Source of the DNA: Klebsiella phage fENko-Kae01
Strand: one strand, 5' to 3'
Sequence record: OR228459.1
DNA length: 64,000 bases
Shown here: in pieces, positions 1-9,792 of the stretch
Numbering within the stretch: the stretch's first letter is position 1
How the letters are laid out: the number at the start of each line of letters is the position of its first letter
The notes under the pieces: model-generated
What the model saw: the letters and a program-made list of their open reading frames with translations, nothing else
Databases searched by the model: none
What the model was told of the DNA's origin: nothing
Made by a program: the position numbers and the translations under genes

Positions 1-164
1 GACTTTATATGATATGGTTAAATTCAATAAATTATTTGACATGCAAGAAGAATACGAAAAAGAAAATGTAATATATTGGATGTTAGTAATTACCTTTGGT
101 AATGGATTTGATTTGGAATATTTTGATGAAGGTATTCTATGCAATTCTCGTGCAGAGGTATAAT

Positions 165-1097
165 ATGATTACTAAAGATGATTTTTATGAATTTCTGAAA
201 GCGTTTTATAATAAGTTCAGGTCAGCGGGTGAATATTTCAATGTTCACCCATATAATGAATTTCAAAGAAAAGAAAAGGAATATCATAACTTATGTGATG
301 AATTGGGATTTTATGCTCGTGTTAGTTATAACACCTCCCCTCATGCACACAACATATATGGAATGTACGGAATTGATTTTCGTGATTTAATAACATTAGG
401 GTATATTCAAAATAAAGAATATTATTTAGAAATTCGCAATGATGAAGAAAATCCAACTTACTTAACACCAGACGACAGTACTTTTGAAAAGATAGCTAAA
501 GCATTTATTTATGGTCAAGGAAAATTCACTATTCTTCCAGATGATGTTATTACAATTGGTGATGTGTCTTTAACAGTTTTTGAAATCCATAAAGCAATTG
601 AAGAATATTCAGTACCACATCGTCTTAAAAAAATAGCAATCGATGATTTGTATGTTTTCCCATCAAAGGGTGACGATTACTCCTTTGGGGTTGGGGAACG
701 TTACACGGAAGAATATTGTGATATGGTAGAAGATATTGATACACGTTTATCACCTTATTTCTTTTCTGCTGATGGAATAGTGAATGCTGATATTTCTCCT
801 GAACATCAACGGTACTCATGGGATACATTCAAAGATAAAATAGTTGACGATATTACTGATATGGATGCCGTTTGGATTTGTAAAACAAAACCAGATGTTC
901 AATTTAATGTTAACATTGATACTTTAAAAAACTTGATTTCTTCTTTAGTAAAATCTAAAAATCCAGTAGCAGGATTATTAATGATACGTGTATTGACACA
1001 AAACAAAATCACTATAAATTACACTGATGTTCCAGAATTCAAAGTATTTGTGGAACAACATGGTCAAATAATGCGTGAATTGAGAACAATGCACTAA
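165..1097 (+). CDS. hypothetical protein (310 aa)
   Basis: Long ORF (track 96..1097). Start moved to ATG 165, which follows a GAGGT RBS. Hairpin terminator follows at 1101-1128. Confidence 0.6.
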   Translation: MITKDDFYEFLKAFYNKFRSAGEYFNVHPYNEFQRKEKEYHNLCDELGFYARVSYNTSPHAHNIYGMYGIDFRDLITLGYIQNKEYYLEIRNDEENPTYLTPDDSTFEKIAKAFIYGQGKFTILPDDVITIGDVSLTVFEIHKAIEEYSVPHRLKKIAIDDLYVFPSKGDDYSFGVGERYTEEYCDMVEDIDTRLSPYFFSADGIVNADISPEHQRYSWDTFKDKIVDDITDMDAVWICKTKPDVQFNVNIDTLKNLISSLVKSKNPVAGLLMIRVLTQNKITINYTDVPEFKVFVEQHGQIMRELRTMH

Positions 1098-1100
1098 TAT

Positions 1101-1128
1101 ATGGGAAGCAATGCTTCCCATTTTCTTT
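1101..1128 (+). terminator. rho-independent terminator (GGGAAGC-aat-GCTTCCC + T-tract)
   Basis: Perfect 7-bp stem followed by attttcttt. Confidence 0.6.
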
Positions 1129-1139
1129 AAGAGAATTTT

Positions 1140-1550
1140 ATGAATTTAGAAAAAACATTAAAATACATTGATGATAATTTTGAAAAACTGTATTCAGAAA
1201 AAAGTAAATCAAACACTAGAATTGATATTGAAAACAGTTTTATGGGTATTATTTTTGATTGGGATTTTTCTACTAAAGATACAGTACTGAAACTTGAATG
1301 GTTTCCGCATCAATATAAGTATTCTATTATCATTGAACTTTATAGTGAGACCGAATTTATATTAAACACATGGAATTCTAGAAGTTATTTGTGGTATGAA
1401 GATTTTATTATAGATTTTGATATTGAACGTGGTTATTTTGATTGTTTAGATACTGTATATCCTATGGCATCTAACTTCAAATTTAAGTACTTAAAAATAC
1501 TGAAAAGTATTTCTGTGAAATACATGATTAAGAAGGGTATAAACAAATGA
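1140..1550 (+). CDS. hypothetical protein (136 aa)
   Basis: ORF with AAGAG RBS. Confidence 0.55.
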   Translation: MNLEKTLKYIDDNFEKLYSEKSKSNTRIDIENSFMGIIFDWDFSTKDTVLKLEWFPHQYKYSIIIELYSETEFILNTWNSRSYLWYEDFIIDFDIERGYFDCLDTVYPMASNFKFKYLKILKSISVKYMIKKGINK

Positions 1551-1551
1551 G

Positions 1552-1800
1552 GTGAATATGAAAACCGATAAAGCTATTGAAAAGATGCGTCGTAATAAGC
1601 GTAATTGGACTATCCCTAAACTGAAAGTAATCGCCGCACGTTGTGGTATTTCGTGCGTGTCGAATGGCAGTACTCATCACGTTTTCAGGTTAGAGGGTGT
1701 TGTAGAACATTTGTCAATTCCATTCAATGGTAAGGACATTCACCCTGATTATATAACTAAATTTCTACGCCTAATAGATAAGGCAACAGGAGAGAAGTAA
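1552..1800 (+). CDS. HicA/YcfA-like small protein (82 aa)
   Basis: Motifs NGSTHHVFRLEG...IPFNGKDIHPDYITKFLRLI resemble the HicA mRNA-interferase fold signature (GSHH...P.H..KDI...IL). GAGGTG RBS. Confidence 0.5.
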   Translation: MNMKTDKAIEKMRRNKRNWTIPKLKVIAARCGISCVSNGSTHHVFRLEGVVEHLSIPFNGKDIHPDYITKFLRLIDKATGEK

Positions 1801-3035
1801 TGATTTCTGAATACATGGCAATGTTTTCAAAAATGATGAATGACTATCCGTGGATGATGGGTCTTTATTCATTATATGGAATGGCAGTAATAACGTATCT
1901 AACAAAATTCATTCCTAAGATTTGGAACTTTATCTACAGTCAAAGTATTACAACATTAGAATTGAATAATGCTGGTTGGTCTGGAAATGAAGCTCACTTT
2001 TTGGCATTTATGGAATGGTACTTAAAAAGTCCATATGCTAAGTGGTCACGCTATCTTTCACTAGATGGTAAATTTCACAGATGGGAAGATGATGAACCTA
2101 CGAATAAAACTTATGTAATTGGTGCTGGTTATGGTACACACTTCTTCTTTTACAAGAAGCGTCTATTTTGGTTCTCTAAAGGAACATTACAAAGTTCGGG
2201 TTCGGAGAAAGAAAAACAAAATATTGTAATTAAAACACTAGGACGCACACAGAAACCATTAGTAGATTTAGTTGCTGATTTTGCAGTTAAACCTAAAGAA
2301 ACTGATATTAGTATCTTTAACTATAAAGATGATTGGGAACAGATTTCATCAGTAACTAAACGTCCACTATCATCAGTAATTCTACGTAAAGATATTAAAG
2401 ATGAATTGGTTGGAAATCTTGAGTACTTCTATGCTAATCGTGAATGGTACGTGTCACGTGGTCTAGCATATAAACAAACTTATATCCTACACGGTTTACC
2501 CGGTACAGGTAAAAGTAGTACTATCAAAGCACTAGCATCACACTTCAAAAAGAATATCTGTATCATTGATATTACTACAATGAGTAACATGGCATTCGAA
2601 AAAGCAATGGCATCCGTTCCTCGTGGTTCAATCGTTCTAATCGAAGATTTTGATTCGTGTCGTGCATTACATTCACGTGAAGATAGTGAAGATAATACAA
2701 ATGGGATGGCTGAATTGGTCGAAGTACTCTCACTATCTAAAGTACTAAATGTTCTTGATGGTGTAGTTAGTCTAGATGATACTGTGGTATTTTTGACCAC
2801 CAACCACCTAGAGAAGATTGACGCTGCAATGACACGTAAAGGCCGGGTTGATTATTGCATCGAGATTCCACACCTAGAAGATGCAGAAGTGAAAGAATAT
2901 ATTCATCTTATGTATCCAGATAAAGAAATTCCACAAAAAACATTTGACACCATCGCGGGTTGTGATATACAATCTCTTTACCTCGAACATAAAGAAGATT
3001 TCAACAGCTTCATTGGAAGTCTAAAGGAGAAATAA
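1800..3035 (+). CDS. AAA+ family ATPase (411 aa)
   Basis: Walker A LHGLPGTGKSST, Walker B VLIEDFD, sensor-1 VVFLTTNH and arginine finger region RKGRVDYCIEIP. Overlaps the upstream stop (TAATG). Confidence 0.75.
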   Translation: MISEYMAMFSKMMNDYPWMMGLYSLYGMAVITYLTKFIPKIWNFIYSQSITTLELNNAGWSGNEAHFLAFMEWYLKSPYAKWSRYLSLDGKFHRWEDDEPTNKTYVIGAGYGTHFFFYKKRLFWFSKGTLQSSGSEKEKQNIVIKTLGRTQKPLVDLVADFAVKPKETDISIFNYKDDWEQISSVTKRPLSSVILRKDIKDELVGNLEYFYANREWYVSRGLAYKQTYILHGLPGTGKSSTIKALASHFKKNICIIDITTMSNMAFEKAMASVPRGSIVLIEDFDSCRALHSREDSEDNTNGMAELVEVLSLSKVLNVLDGVVSLDDTVVFLTTNHLEKIDAAMTRKGRVDYCIEIPHLEDAEVKEYIHLMYPDKEIPQKTFDTIAGCDIQSLYLEHKEDFNSFIGSLKEK

Positions 3036-3445
3036 TGGCTGAACTTAAACTCAAGTTGCGTGAGCGTTGGGTTAATGTTAGCGATAATACGGTAATTCAA
3101 AGTCTCGTCACTGAGGAAACTATTCACATTGATGATGACTTAGATTTTGAAGAAATGGCACATTATTATATGTGCCTCCGTGTTGGGTCGAGTATTGTAG
3201 ATGGTGTCCGTCATGAAGTTTCAGTTTATGACGGTTCATTGACAAAAGAAGAAATGTTTGATTTCATTCTAAACAATACAGTAACATTATCTCCTGATGG
3301 ATCTACTTGGAAGAAACATAATGAAGACGGTACTGAAGAAAAAGTAGTACTGAAATATAATGTATCAATTAATGGCTGTAGTATGAGTGGTTATGATTTA
3401 GAAGATGCTATTAATCACTACGTTAAGGAGATTCAAAATAAATGA
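3035..3445 (+). CDS. hypothetical protein (136 aa)
   Basis: ORF with AAGGAG RBS, start/stop-coupled to the AAA gene. Confidence 0.55.
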   Translation: MAELKLKLRERWVNVSDNTVIQSLVTEETIHIDDDLDFEEMAHYYMCLRVGSSIVDGVRHEVSVYDGSLTKEEMFDFILNNTVTLSPDGSTWKKHNEDGTEEKVVLKYNVSINGCSMSGYDLEDAINHYVKEIQNK

Positions 3446-3765
3446 TTTCAGTAATGTGTGTAATTTGTGCTACTATCGTAATTTGTACTTTTATTAAGTA
3501 CCGTTGCATTTGGAAATGTCAGCAACAAGAATACAAATTATATCGTGAGAAAAACAAGAAATCACCGTTTGTTATTCGTCCACATTTATATAAGCATCCA
3601 CATGATGCATCTAAACATTATTGGGGTTATGTAGTATTCAATACTGACACTGACCACCCATATACTGGCATTGATAAAAACAATACATCTTTTACTGTAT
3701 ATCGCGAAAAGGCCGATGCAGATAAGCGTCGTAAAGAATTGGATGAATTATATGAATACAATTGA
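3442..3765 (+). CDS. small membrane-anchored protein (107 aa)
   Basis: ATGA overlap with the upstream gene. N-terminal hydrophobic segment MISVMCVICATIVICTFI. Confidence 0.5.
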   Translation: MISVMCVICATIVICTFIKYRCIWKCQQQEYKLYREKNKKSPFVIRPHLYKHPHDASKHYWGYVVFNTDTDHPYTGIDKNNTSFTVYREKADADKRRKELDELYEYN

Positions 3766-3943
3766 TTATAATGATGCCATAAAATTGATGGAGAAATTCA
3801 TCAATACTTACAAAGTAAAAGGAAAATTAAAAGGGTATTCTTATTCATTCAGTTCACGTAAGATAGAATTACGAGACAATAGTACTTCCGAATCTGTTAT
3901 TATATGCAACGATCGTCTGATATATGTACAATCAATAACCTGA
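3743..3943 (+). CDS. hypothetical small protein (66 aa)
   Basis: Track ORF 3671..3943 trimmed to the internal ATG 3743 near the upstream stop. Weak RBS. Confidence 0.3.
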   Translation: MNYMNTIDYNDAIKLMEKFINTYKVKGKLKGYSYSFSSRKIELRDNSTSESVIICNDRLIYVQSIT

Positions 3944-4109
3944 TTCAAAACTACATCCTTTAAACGTTACTTATGTGAAGAAGAATGTTTTCAGGATTCT
4001 TGTATTGGTGAAGTCGGTTGCGATGAAAAGATGGAGTTGCTTATCAAAGAATGTGTTGACGTGTACTACCAAAGTGTGATAAACTCGCTTAACATAGGTG
4101 GTTGGGTTG

Positions 4110-4508
4110 ATGAGTGAAAATGTTGTTAATCGTAATAAACTATTAGAACGAGGTTTAATGTTGATAGTTGGTGCTACTATGTCATTAGAAGATACTGGTA
4201 GTACTGGTCAATACCTCGTGAAAATGGGTACAATGAAGTTAGTACTATCTAGAAACTTTACAGAGGTTGCTATTTCAAAACACTATGTAACTATTAGATG
4301 GATGAGTGAAAGTATTGTATTAAGTCGGGCAACATCAGAAGAAGATTATTTTCAGAAGATGTGTCTTGATGATTCGTATTGTGATGAAGAGTACGAAAAA
4401 GGTATTAAAGAATTTTTTGATTTATATATGAAATCCTTGTATCGCAATTTTGCAATAGGGGGTTTCCTAGAAGGTGCTTATGCAGAAGATATCGAAAACG
4501 ATCAGTAA
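4110..4508 (+). CDS. hypothetical protein (132 aa)
   Basis: Track ORF 4098..4508. ATG 4110 follows an AGGTGG RBS. Confidence 0.5.
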   Translation: MSENVVNRNKLLERGLMLIVGATMSLEDTGSTGQYLVKMGTMKLVLSRNFTEVAISKHYVTIRWMSESIVLSRATSEEDYFQKMCLDDSYCDEEYEKGIKEFFDLYMKSLYRNFAIGGFLEGAYAEDIENDQ

Positions 4509-4578
4509 GTATCTCGCTGGTTTGAGTAAGTTTAAACAAGGCGAAGAATACGAAAGTAACAACATAAAATATAGGATT

Positions 4579-4809
4579 ATGTTTGATCCACAATCCTATG
4601 ATCAAGTACTATTATTTTTCAGTAAAGAGAATGGGCGAGAATCAATCCAATTTGCTTGTACTGAATTTGGTATTTACATTCGTGAAGAAGATAGTGATTC
4701 ACCATCTCACTATTACTATCACACCCTTATGTACACACGTGATTTTGGATTTACCCTTTACGATCTAGCCAATGTGTATCACATTTTCAAAGAAATGAAA
4801 AAATCTTGA
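4579..4809 (+). CDS. hypothetical small protein (76 aa)
   Basis: Track ORF 4474..4809 trimmed to ATG 4579, downstream of the previous stop. Weak RBS. Confidence 0.35.
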   Translation: MFDPQSYDQVLLFFSKENGRESIQFACTEFGIYIREEDSDSPSHYYYHTLMYTRDFGFTLYDLANVYHIFKEMKKS

Positions 4810-4864
4810 GACAAATCTTAGCTTTTGTGATATAATAACGAGAGTCAATCAATGGAGATAAAAT

Positions 4865-5725
4865 ATGTTTACTAAATTTCACAATGTAAGTTTCATCACT
4901 TCAACTGTCACTGGTCTAGAGGTCGAAGGCAATCATCTAGTGATTCACACAACTGGTAGTTCTTACGAAGTTCCTTTCAAGAGTGGGGCTGAAGCAAAAT
5001 CTGGTCTAGATGAACTAACTGATATTCTAAACAATAATAATATTAATACCAATAAAAAAGAAGAAACCGCATCCAAGACCGATGATATTCTAAATCTTGC
5101 ACAGGAAGCCGTAGAATCGCTTCAAGGCGTTCTAGGAACCCTACGTAGTGCTGCTACTTCTAAAGTGGCTGACGTAGCAGTTAAAAGCGTTTTAGACCGT
5201 ATTGATGGTCGTCTATCTTCTGTACTTGATGCAAAAGATGATCTTATTGCCAAAGCTAAGAGCATCTTTGAACATGCGGAACCAGAAAATAAACCAAAAG
5301 CACAACCAAAAACTAAAGAAAAGTCAGTAGTAAAAGAACCTAAGAACAGCGATGTATCAGTAGGTGATAACATTTTTGGTGATATTCTAAATGATATCTT
5401 CACTGGTACTTCTTGTGTGGATGTTTCACATGAGCATGGTGCTAAGAAAATCACAGTGGACGAATTCAAACAAGTATTTGGTACTGAGTCTGAACCACTA
5501 ATCGGTGATCTAACCGATAAACAATTACGTGAGTTCATTTCTGAGTTTGTTGATGGTGCACTAGAGAATGAGCGTGTACAAGTACTATTCAATAATATCA
5601 AAGAACAATTTGGCGTTGAAGAAGCAGAAAAAGCAATTGAAGGATATAAGAAACTAATTCATACATTCTGTAACCAAAATGTTGAGATGACACTATCTCA
5701 AGTAATTGCTCGTTACTTCTCCTAA
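4865..5725 (+). CDS. hypothetical acidic/Lys-rich protein (286 aa)
   Basis: GGAG RBS. Bidirectional terminator follows at 5733-5758. Confidence 0.6.
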   Translation: MFTKFHNVSFITSTVTGLEVEGNHLVIHTTGSSYEVPFKSGAEAKSGLDELTDILNNNNINTNKKEETASKTDDILNLAQEAVESLQGVLGTLRSAATSKVADVAVKSVLDRIDGRLSSVLDAKDDLIAKAKSIFEHAEPENKPKAQPKTKEKSVVKEPKNSDVSVGDNIFGDILNDIFTGTSCVDVSHEHGAKKITVDEFKQVFGTESEPLIGDLTDKQLREFISEFVDGALENERVQVLFNNIKEQFGVEEAEKAIEGYKKLIHTFCNQNVEMTLSQVIARYFS

Positions 5726-5732
5726 TAAAAAA

Positions 5733-5758
5733 GGCGACCGAAAGGCCGCCTTTTTTGT
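5733..5758. terminator. bidirectional rho-independent terminator
   Basis: aaaaaGGCGACCgaaaGGCCGCCtttttt. Lies between the convergent genes 4865..5725(+) and 5760..6902(-). Confidence 0.65.
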
Positions 5759-5759
5759 T

Positions 5760-6902
5760 TTAGTCTTTACCAACTATTACAATTTTACCAGTTAATTCAA
5801 TATTGCTATGTAGAATTATTTCTTCATCACTTTCTAAATCTACTTCAAGCATAACTACGTTATTACCTTCGTACACAGTAAAGGAAATATTCTTCTTACC
5901 ATGTTCAGACGCTGCGATGTTCATCAAGAATTTTTCACCTGATGCAGTCCACGCTAGAGGTGCTACATATGGAGTTGTTTTGAGAGTTTTACCAATAATT
6001 ACAGCACGATATGGAGTATCATCGTATTTGGTTACTGTAATATTCCCATTCACTACTGATACGTCTGCATCATAAAGTACAAAATTAGTTTGATCTAATG
6101 ATTGAAGTTGGATTACAATATCATTACCACGTCCATGAACAGAAGCAGGTATGGTTGATACGAATACATTACCAGATTGTTGTTGTTCTGAACTTGGAAT
6201 TGAAATTGACGTAACATAATCTGAGTCTTGGTCATCCATGATAATTGGAACTGTTACTGACTTGTCATTATAGTTTGGAGAGGTTACTTTAATAGTAACT
6301 GTACCCGGCCCTACTATTGGGGTAACAGTGTCGATAACGAATGAACCATCTGGATTTACAATACCGGTTACTTCTCTACCATCTGGTAGTGTTGCTGTTA
6401 TCACCATACCATTAGTGTTTACTGTTCCACTAGGAACTGTTATCACACCGGTAATACTGGTATCACCATTTTTAATTGGATTTGCTATGATATTAGAAAT
6501 ATCAATGGGTGGAATTCCACATTCAGGAATGTACATATCATAAAGTACTTTTCCGTTACTTAGAATCTTTTTATTAGTTAAGAATCTGATTACAAAACCT
6601 TCAATTGTGTGTTGCGGGTTATAGCCACGAACAAAGAAAGTATTTCTTGGAATCATATTAACTAATTGCGAATCGGATAACGAATAATCTAAAAATACGC
6701 CTGTTACGTCTACGCCTGTTAGTAATAGCTTTTGGTATACAATTTCAGTACTTGGATCAATTAAGTCAAACATTACATCTGAACGTTGTTTGTAGATGCG
6801 AAGGTTTGTAGTCTTAGTGTGATCGTGGAAGTGTACACCGTTAGCAATATACCCACAGACACCGTAAGGATATTCATTAATTCCAGCTATCGGTCTTGCC
6901 AT
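5760..6902 (-). CDS. Ig-like (BIG-type) domain protein, possible virion/surface protein (380 aa)
   Basis: Only minus-strand gene in the left block. RBS AAGGGGGAAAA precedes the ATG. Repeated beta-sandwich-like segments (ATLPDGREVTGIVNPDGSFVIDTVTPIVGPGTVTIKVT). Confidence 0.55.
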   Translation of the reverse strand: MARPIAGINEYPYGVCGYIANGVHFHDHTKTTNLRIYKQRSDVMFDLIDPSTEIVYQKLLLTGVDVTGVFLDYSLSDSQLVNMIPRNTFFVRGYNPQHTIEGFVIRFLTNKKILSNGKVLYDMYIPECGIPPIDISNIIANPIKNGDTSITGVITVPSGTVNTNGMVITATLPDGREVTGIVNPDGSFVIDTVTPIVGPGTVTIKVTSPNYNDKSVTVPIIMDDQDSDYVTSISIPSSEQQQSGNVFVSTIPASVHGRGNDIVIQLQSLDQTNFVLYDADVSVVNGNITVTKYDDTPYRAVIIGKTLKTTPYVAPLAWTASGEKFLMNIAASEHGKKNISFTVYEGNNVVMLEVDLESDEEIILHSNIELTGKIVIVGKD

Positions 6903-6956
6903 TTTTCCCCCTTAAACATGAGTGTTATATCAATATTTACCTCAAAGAATAAAAAA

Positions 6957-6986
6957 TTGACACCATACATGATTTACGGTATAATG
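6957..6986 (+). promoter_or_regulatory. sigma70-type promoter (TTGACA-17-TATAAT)
   Basis: Read directly: ttgacaccatacatgatttacggtataat, upstream of the 7042 gene. Confidence 0.55.
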
Positions 6987-7041
6987 TGTTTTGTTGATTG
7001 GGAGACCGATTGATCTCAAATTTATAAATTCAGGAGTTGTT

Positions 7042-7614
7042 ATGAGTCGTTTAATTATTAAGAATAACAAGATGACAGTTCGCTTGCACAATGATGAGGC
7101 TGATTCGTTCATGGCTAAAGCTATTGCGAAATCAGAAAAATTTGAACGCATTGCGTCAGCAGCGAAGTCACCTTATGGTTTCAATCATCCACACGCTCAT
7201 TTCGTTGGGATGGTTGCAGAACACGCTTCATGGATTCTGTTTAATAGTATTGAAGAACTAACCGGGAATGACCTGAAAATTGATCCTGCATATCGCGATG
7301 AGAACCGTGAGGCTGAATGTGACCTGTACGTTAACGGATTACGTATTGAAGTTAAAGGTATTAAGTATGGGTCGTGGTTAAACTTCGGGCCATGTATTAG
7401 CTCTCGTCAATTGAAAAAAATTGAGAAAAAAGCTGACATTGTTTTGTGGGCGTTGTATAATGAACGTCGTCAGGAATTTTCATTCGAAGGATTTAACTAC
7501 GTTAAAGATATTCGTTCTATTCCTACTGTAGTTACAGGTGCAGTGGGTCGTCCACAAATCGAAAATCATCCAGTACTGGATATTCTTAAACCACTTCAGG
7601 AGCTTGCACTATGA
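7042..7614 (+). CDS. hypothetical protein (190 aa), possible PD-(D/E)xK-like motif
   Basis: Track ORF 6991..7614. Start placed at ATG 7042, which follows a CAGGAG RBS and lies downstream of the promoter. CDLYVNGLRIEVK resembles a D..E.K nuclease motif, but only weakly. Confidence 0.5.
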   Translation: MSRLIIKNNKMTVRLHNDEADSFMAKAIAKSEKFERIASAAKSPYGFNHPHAHFVGMVAEHASWILFNSIEELTGNDLKIDPAYRDENREAECDLYVNGLRIEVKGIKYGSWLNFGPCISSRQLKKIEKKADIVLWALYNERRQEFSFEGFNYVKDIRSIPTVVTGAVGRPQIENHPVLDILKPLQELAL

Positions 7615-7820
7615 AAGCATGGGTATATGTTGATGGATATGCAAAAGTAGAAGCTGATTTCCCAGAACTACCACGGGTGGGAGATGAAATCTCTATTAAA
7701 AGCATGACCGACTCATTTGGAACTAAGTACATTGTTGATTATGTACAGCATGAAATTCGCCACGGCGATCTAACAACTAAAGTAACTATTAATATCTACA
7801 CAAAGGAGGTTCCACTATGA
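7611..7820 (+). CDS. hypothetical small protein (69 aa)
   Basis: ATGA overlap with the upstream gene. CAGGAG RBS. Confidence 0.5.
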   Translation: MKAWVYVDGYAKVEADFPELPRVGDEISIKSMTDSFGTKYIVDYVQHEIRHGDLTTKVTINIYTKEVPL

Positions 7821-8290
7821 TTCTCTCGTGTATTGCAATTTTAATTCTATTCTGTGTGATTCTTTCTTGGACTGATTTACATTCACACGTAGGGTATGCT
7901 TTCTATGTAGCAAAGAATGAAGGATGGCATCTATTTCCAATTGTTTGGTTTCAATCATTCTTTCTACCTACAGCATTTTTACGTAGTGGTAAGTCTGCTT
8001 TTGATTATACTGAATTGTCCAAATTGGAACGTACACTAAGGGCGTACTTTAGTAACGAGGAAGGAATCGAAGCAGAATGGGAATCACGGCGTGGACAGTA
8101 TTTTGAAATCAGTCGTAAGGGATTTAAAGGAATTCGTTTCCATATACCAAAAGATGATAGTGTTTCAATCAATGGTTATGATCGCTTAGTTCCACCACGC
8201 CTAGCATTTTTGATGCTAGCATGTGCTAAACAGATTGTAAACGATCATAAAAAGAAAAAAAATACGAGTGAAAAACCACTTTTCAGTTGA
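7817..8290 (+). CDS. membrane-anchored protein (157 aa)
   Basis: AAGGAGG RBS. N-terminal TM segment MILSCIAILILFCVILSW. Confidence 0.55.
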   Translation: MILSCIAILILFCVILSWTDLHSHVGYAFYVAKNEGWHLFPIVWFQSFFLPTAFLRSGKSAFDYTELSKLERTLRAYFSNEEGIEAEWESRRGQYFEISRKGFKGIRFHIPKDDSVSINGYDRLVPPRLAFLMLACAKQIVNDHKKKKNTSEKPLFS

Positions 8291-8343
8291 CAGATTGGTA
8301 ATACCTAGATATAATACTTTCACTAACTAAGGAGATAATTTGT

Positions 8344-8826
8344 ATGAATATCGTAGCAACTAAACTCTCAAGTTCAATGAGTAAACGTCAAGGTTATCTT
8401 TCAATCTCTGATGCAATGGAACCAAATCTAAAAAGCTATACATTCAGCCATTGCCTTAAACTCAAAAAAGATGCACTCGGATTTACAAAATGGGTTCTAT
8501 ATTGGGATGATACCGATTTCGTAGTAGTATTCACTGTTATTACCACTGTTCTCAGTACTGGTTATATCAAAGCAACTATAATTGATCGTGAATTGACTGA
8601 TGTGCAAACTGTTGGTGCTTACACTGGTAAAAACTCATTCACTGAAGTTCATCTTGTACAAGGAAAATATCTAAGTACTAAAGAACGTGCGAACGCTATA
8701 AGTACTGCTCTTAGTACTCATGATTTCCGTGGGAATAACACTTCAACAAAAGAAGATCCCGAAAAACTACAAGCACAGATTGACGCCATTGCTGAATCTT
8801 GGGGAATTAAACCCAAAAAATCATAA
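8344..8826 (+). CDS. hypothetical protein (160 aa)
   Basis: TAAGGAG RBS. Confidence 0.55.
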   Translation: MNIVATKLSSSMSKRQGYLSISDAMEPNLKSYTFSHCLKLKKDALGFTKWVLYWDDTDFVVVFTVITTVLSTGYIKATIIDRELTDVQTVGAYTGKNSFTEVHLVQGKYLSTKERANAISTALSTHDFRGNNTSTKEDPEKLQAQIDAIAESWGIKPKKS

Positions 8827-8835
8827 CCAGTTCAG

Positions 8836-8860
8836 GCCACTCAGTGGCCTTCTTTAAGGA
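8836..8860 (+). terminator. rho-independent terminator
   Basis: AGGCCACTcaGTGGCCT + tcttt. Confidence 0.5.
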
Positions 8861-8870
8861 GTTGATAAAA

Positions 8871-9314
8871 ATGATTACTTCAAAATTTTTCAAATATTAT
8901 GTAGCATTTTATTTTTGTCTTTTATATTTGTTTGTAGGGTATTATACTAATATCATTACATGGGAAACTCCGTCACATTTACGGATTCTTATGAGTATTA
9001 TTCTTAGTCTTGGAACATGTTTCTTTGCTGCAATGGTATTATCTTGTATGGCAGAAGATATGATGGCTGCTAAAGAATCATTCAGTATTTTTGGAAAGAA
9101 AAAACTATTTCGCATTTGGCAATACTTAGCAGCACCAATTTTCATTTGGGAAATTTATAAATGGGAACATTTCGGAATTATTATTCCATCATTATTGATG
9201 TACATGGGTATGAAAGCACTAATCACTAATCACAATAATCATGTTGAAGCATTCAACGAAGAAGAACTTAAACGTAAAGCACGTCAGGAACAAGCGGAAC
9301 AGGTGACATTATGA
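8871..9314 (+). CDS. multi-pass membrane protein (147 aa)
   Basis: Track ORF 8844..9314. ATG 8871 follows an AAGGAG RBS. Several hydrophobic helices. Confidence 0.55.
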   Translation: MITSKFFKYYVAFYFCLLYLFVGYYTNIITWETPSHLRILMSIILSLGTCFFAAMVLSCMAEDMMAAKESFSIFGKKKLFRIWQYLAAPIFIWEIYKWEHFGIIIPSLLMYMGMKALITNHNNHVEAFNEEELKRKARQEQAEQVTL

Positions 9315-9724
9315 TCAAAGGTCTTTATATTTTCTTTTCAGTACTGATCGGTATTAAAGTACTAGAAGGAATTCCATTTCTAGATGTATTATCAGGTTCG
9401 TGGCATATTGTAAGTACTGTTGCATTACGTTCTTTTATGTTTTTAGCACTTTTTCTGGTTGCTTTTAACACCGCAGCGTTTATGGAAGAAAAAGATAACC
9501 ATGACAGTTCTTTTGTGCAATTTTATCTACGCCAGTTCATAGGTCTTAAATTATTACCATTATGGCCTTTGTACTTTTGGTTTGGGGCAGCAGCATTTCA
9601 AGTACAAGTGAATAACGTTATCGATGCAGTAGCAATTTTCATTATTACTTTACTAGCAACAAGCGTTGTTCTTGTTCAGAATGGCTTGTATAAGCGGTTC
9701 CTAATGGAAGAAGTAAAAAAGTAA
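9311..9724 (+). CDS. multi-pass membrane protein (137 aa)
   Basis: ATGA overlap with the upstream gene. Hydrophobic throughout. Confidence 0.55.
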   Translation: MIKGLYIFFSVLIGIKVLEGIPFLDVLSGSWHIVSTVALRSFMFLALFLVAFNTAAFMEEKDNHDSSFVQFYLRQFIGLKLLPLWPLYFWFGAAAFQVQVNNVIDAVAIFIITLLATSVVLVQNGLYKRFLMEEVKK

Positions 9725-9732
9725 ACATAATC

Positions 9733-9763
9733 ATTGACCGCCTAGGCGGTCATTGTTATAATA
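9733..9763 (+). promoter_or_regulatory. hairpin-embedded promoter module (TTGACC in stem, TATAAT downstream)
   Basis: attGACCGCCtaGGCGGTCattgttataat. The hairpin contains the -35 hexamer. Confidence 0.5.
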
Positions 9764-9792
9764 TATGCATACAAACAAAAGAGGAAATAAGA

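Noticed and set aside
625-828. Short antisense ORFs inside long sense genes (e.g. 625..828, 2480..2803, 5122..5601, 27331..27689, 31948..32235, 48310..48603)
   Set aside because: They lie wholly inside better-supported genes on the opposite strand, have no RBS and have biased composition. Standard six-frame noise.
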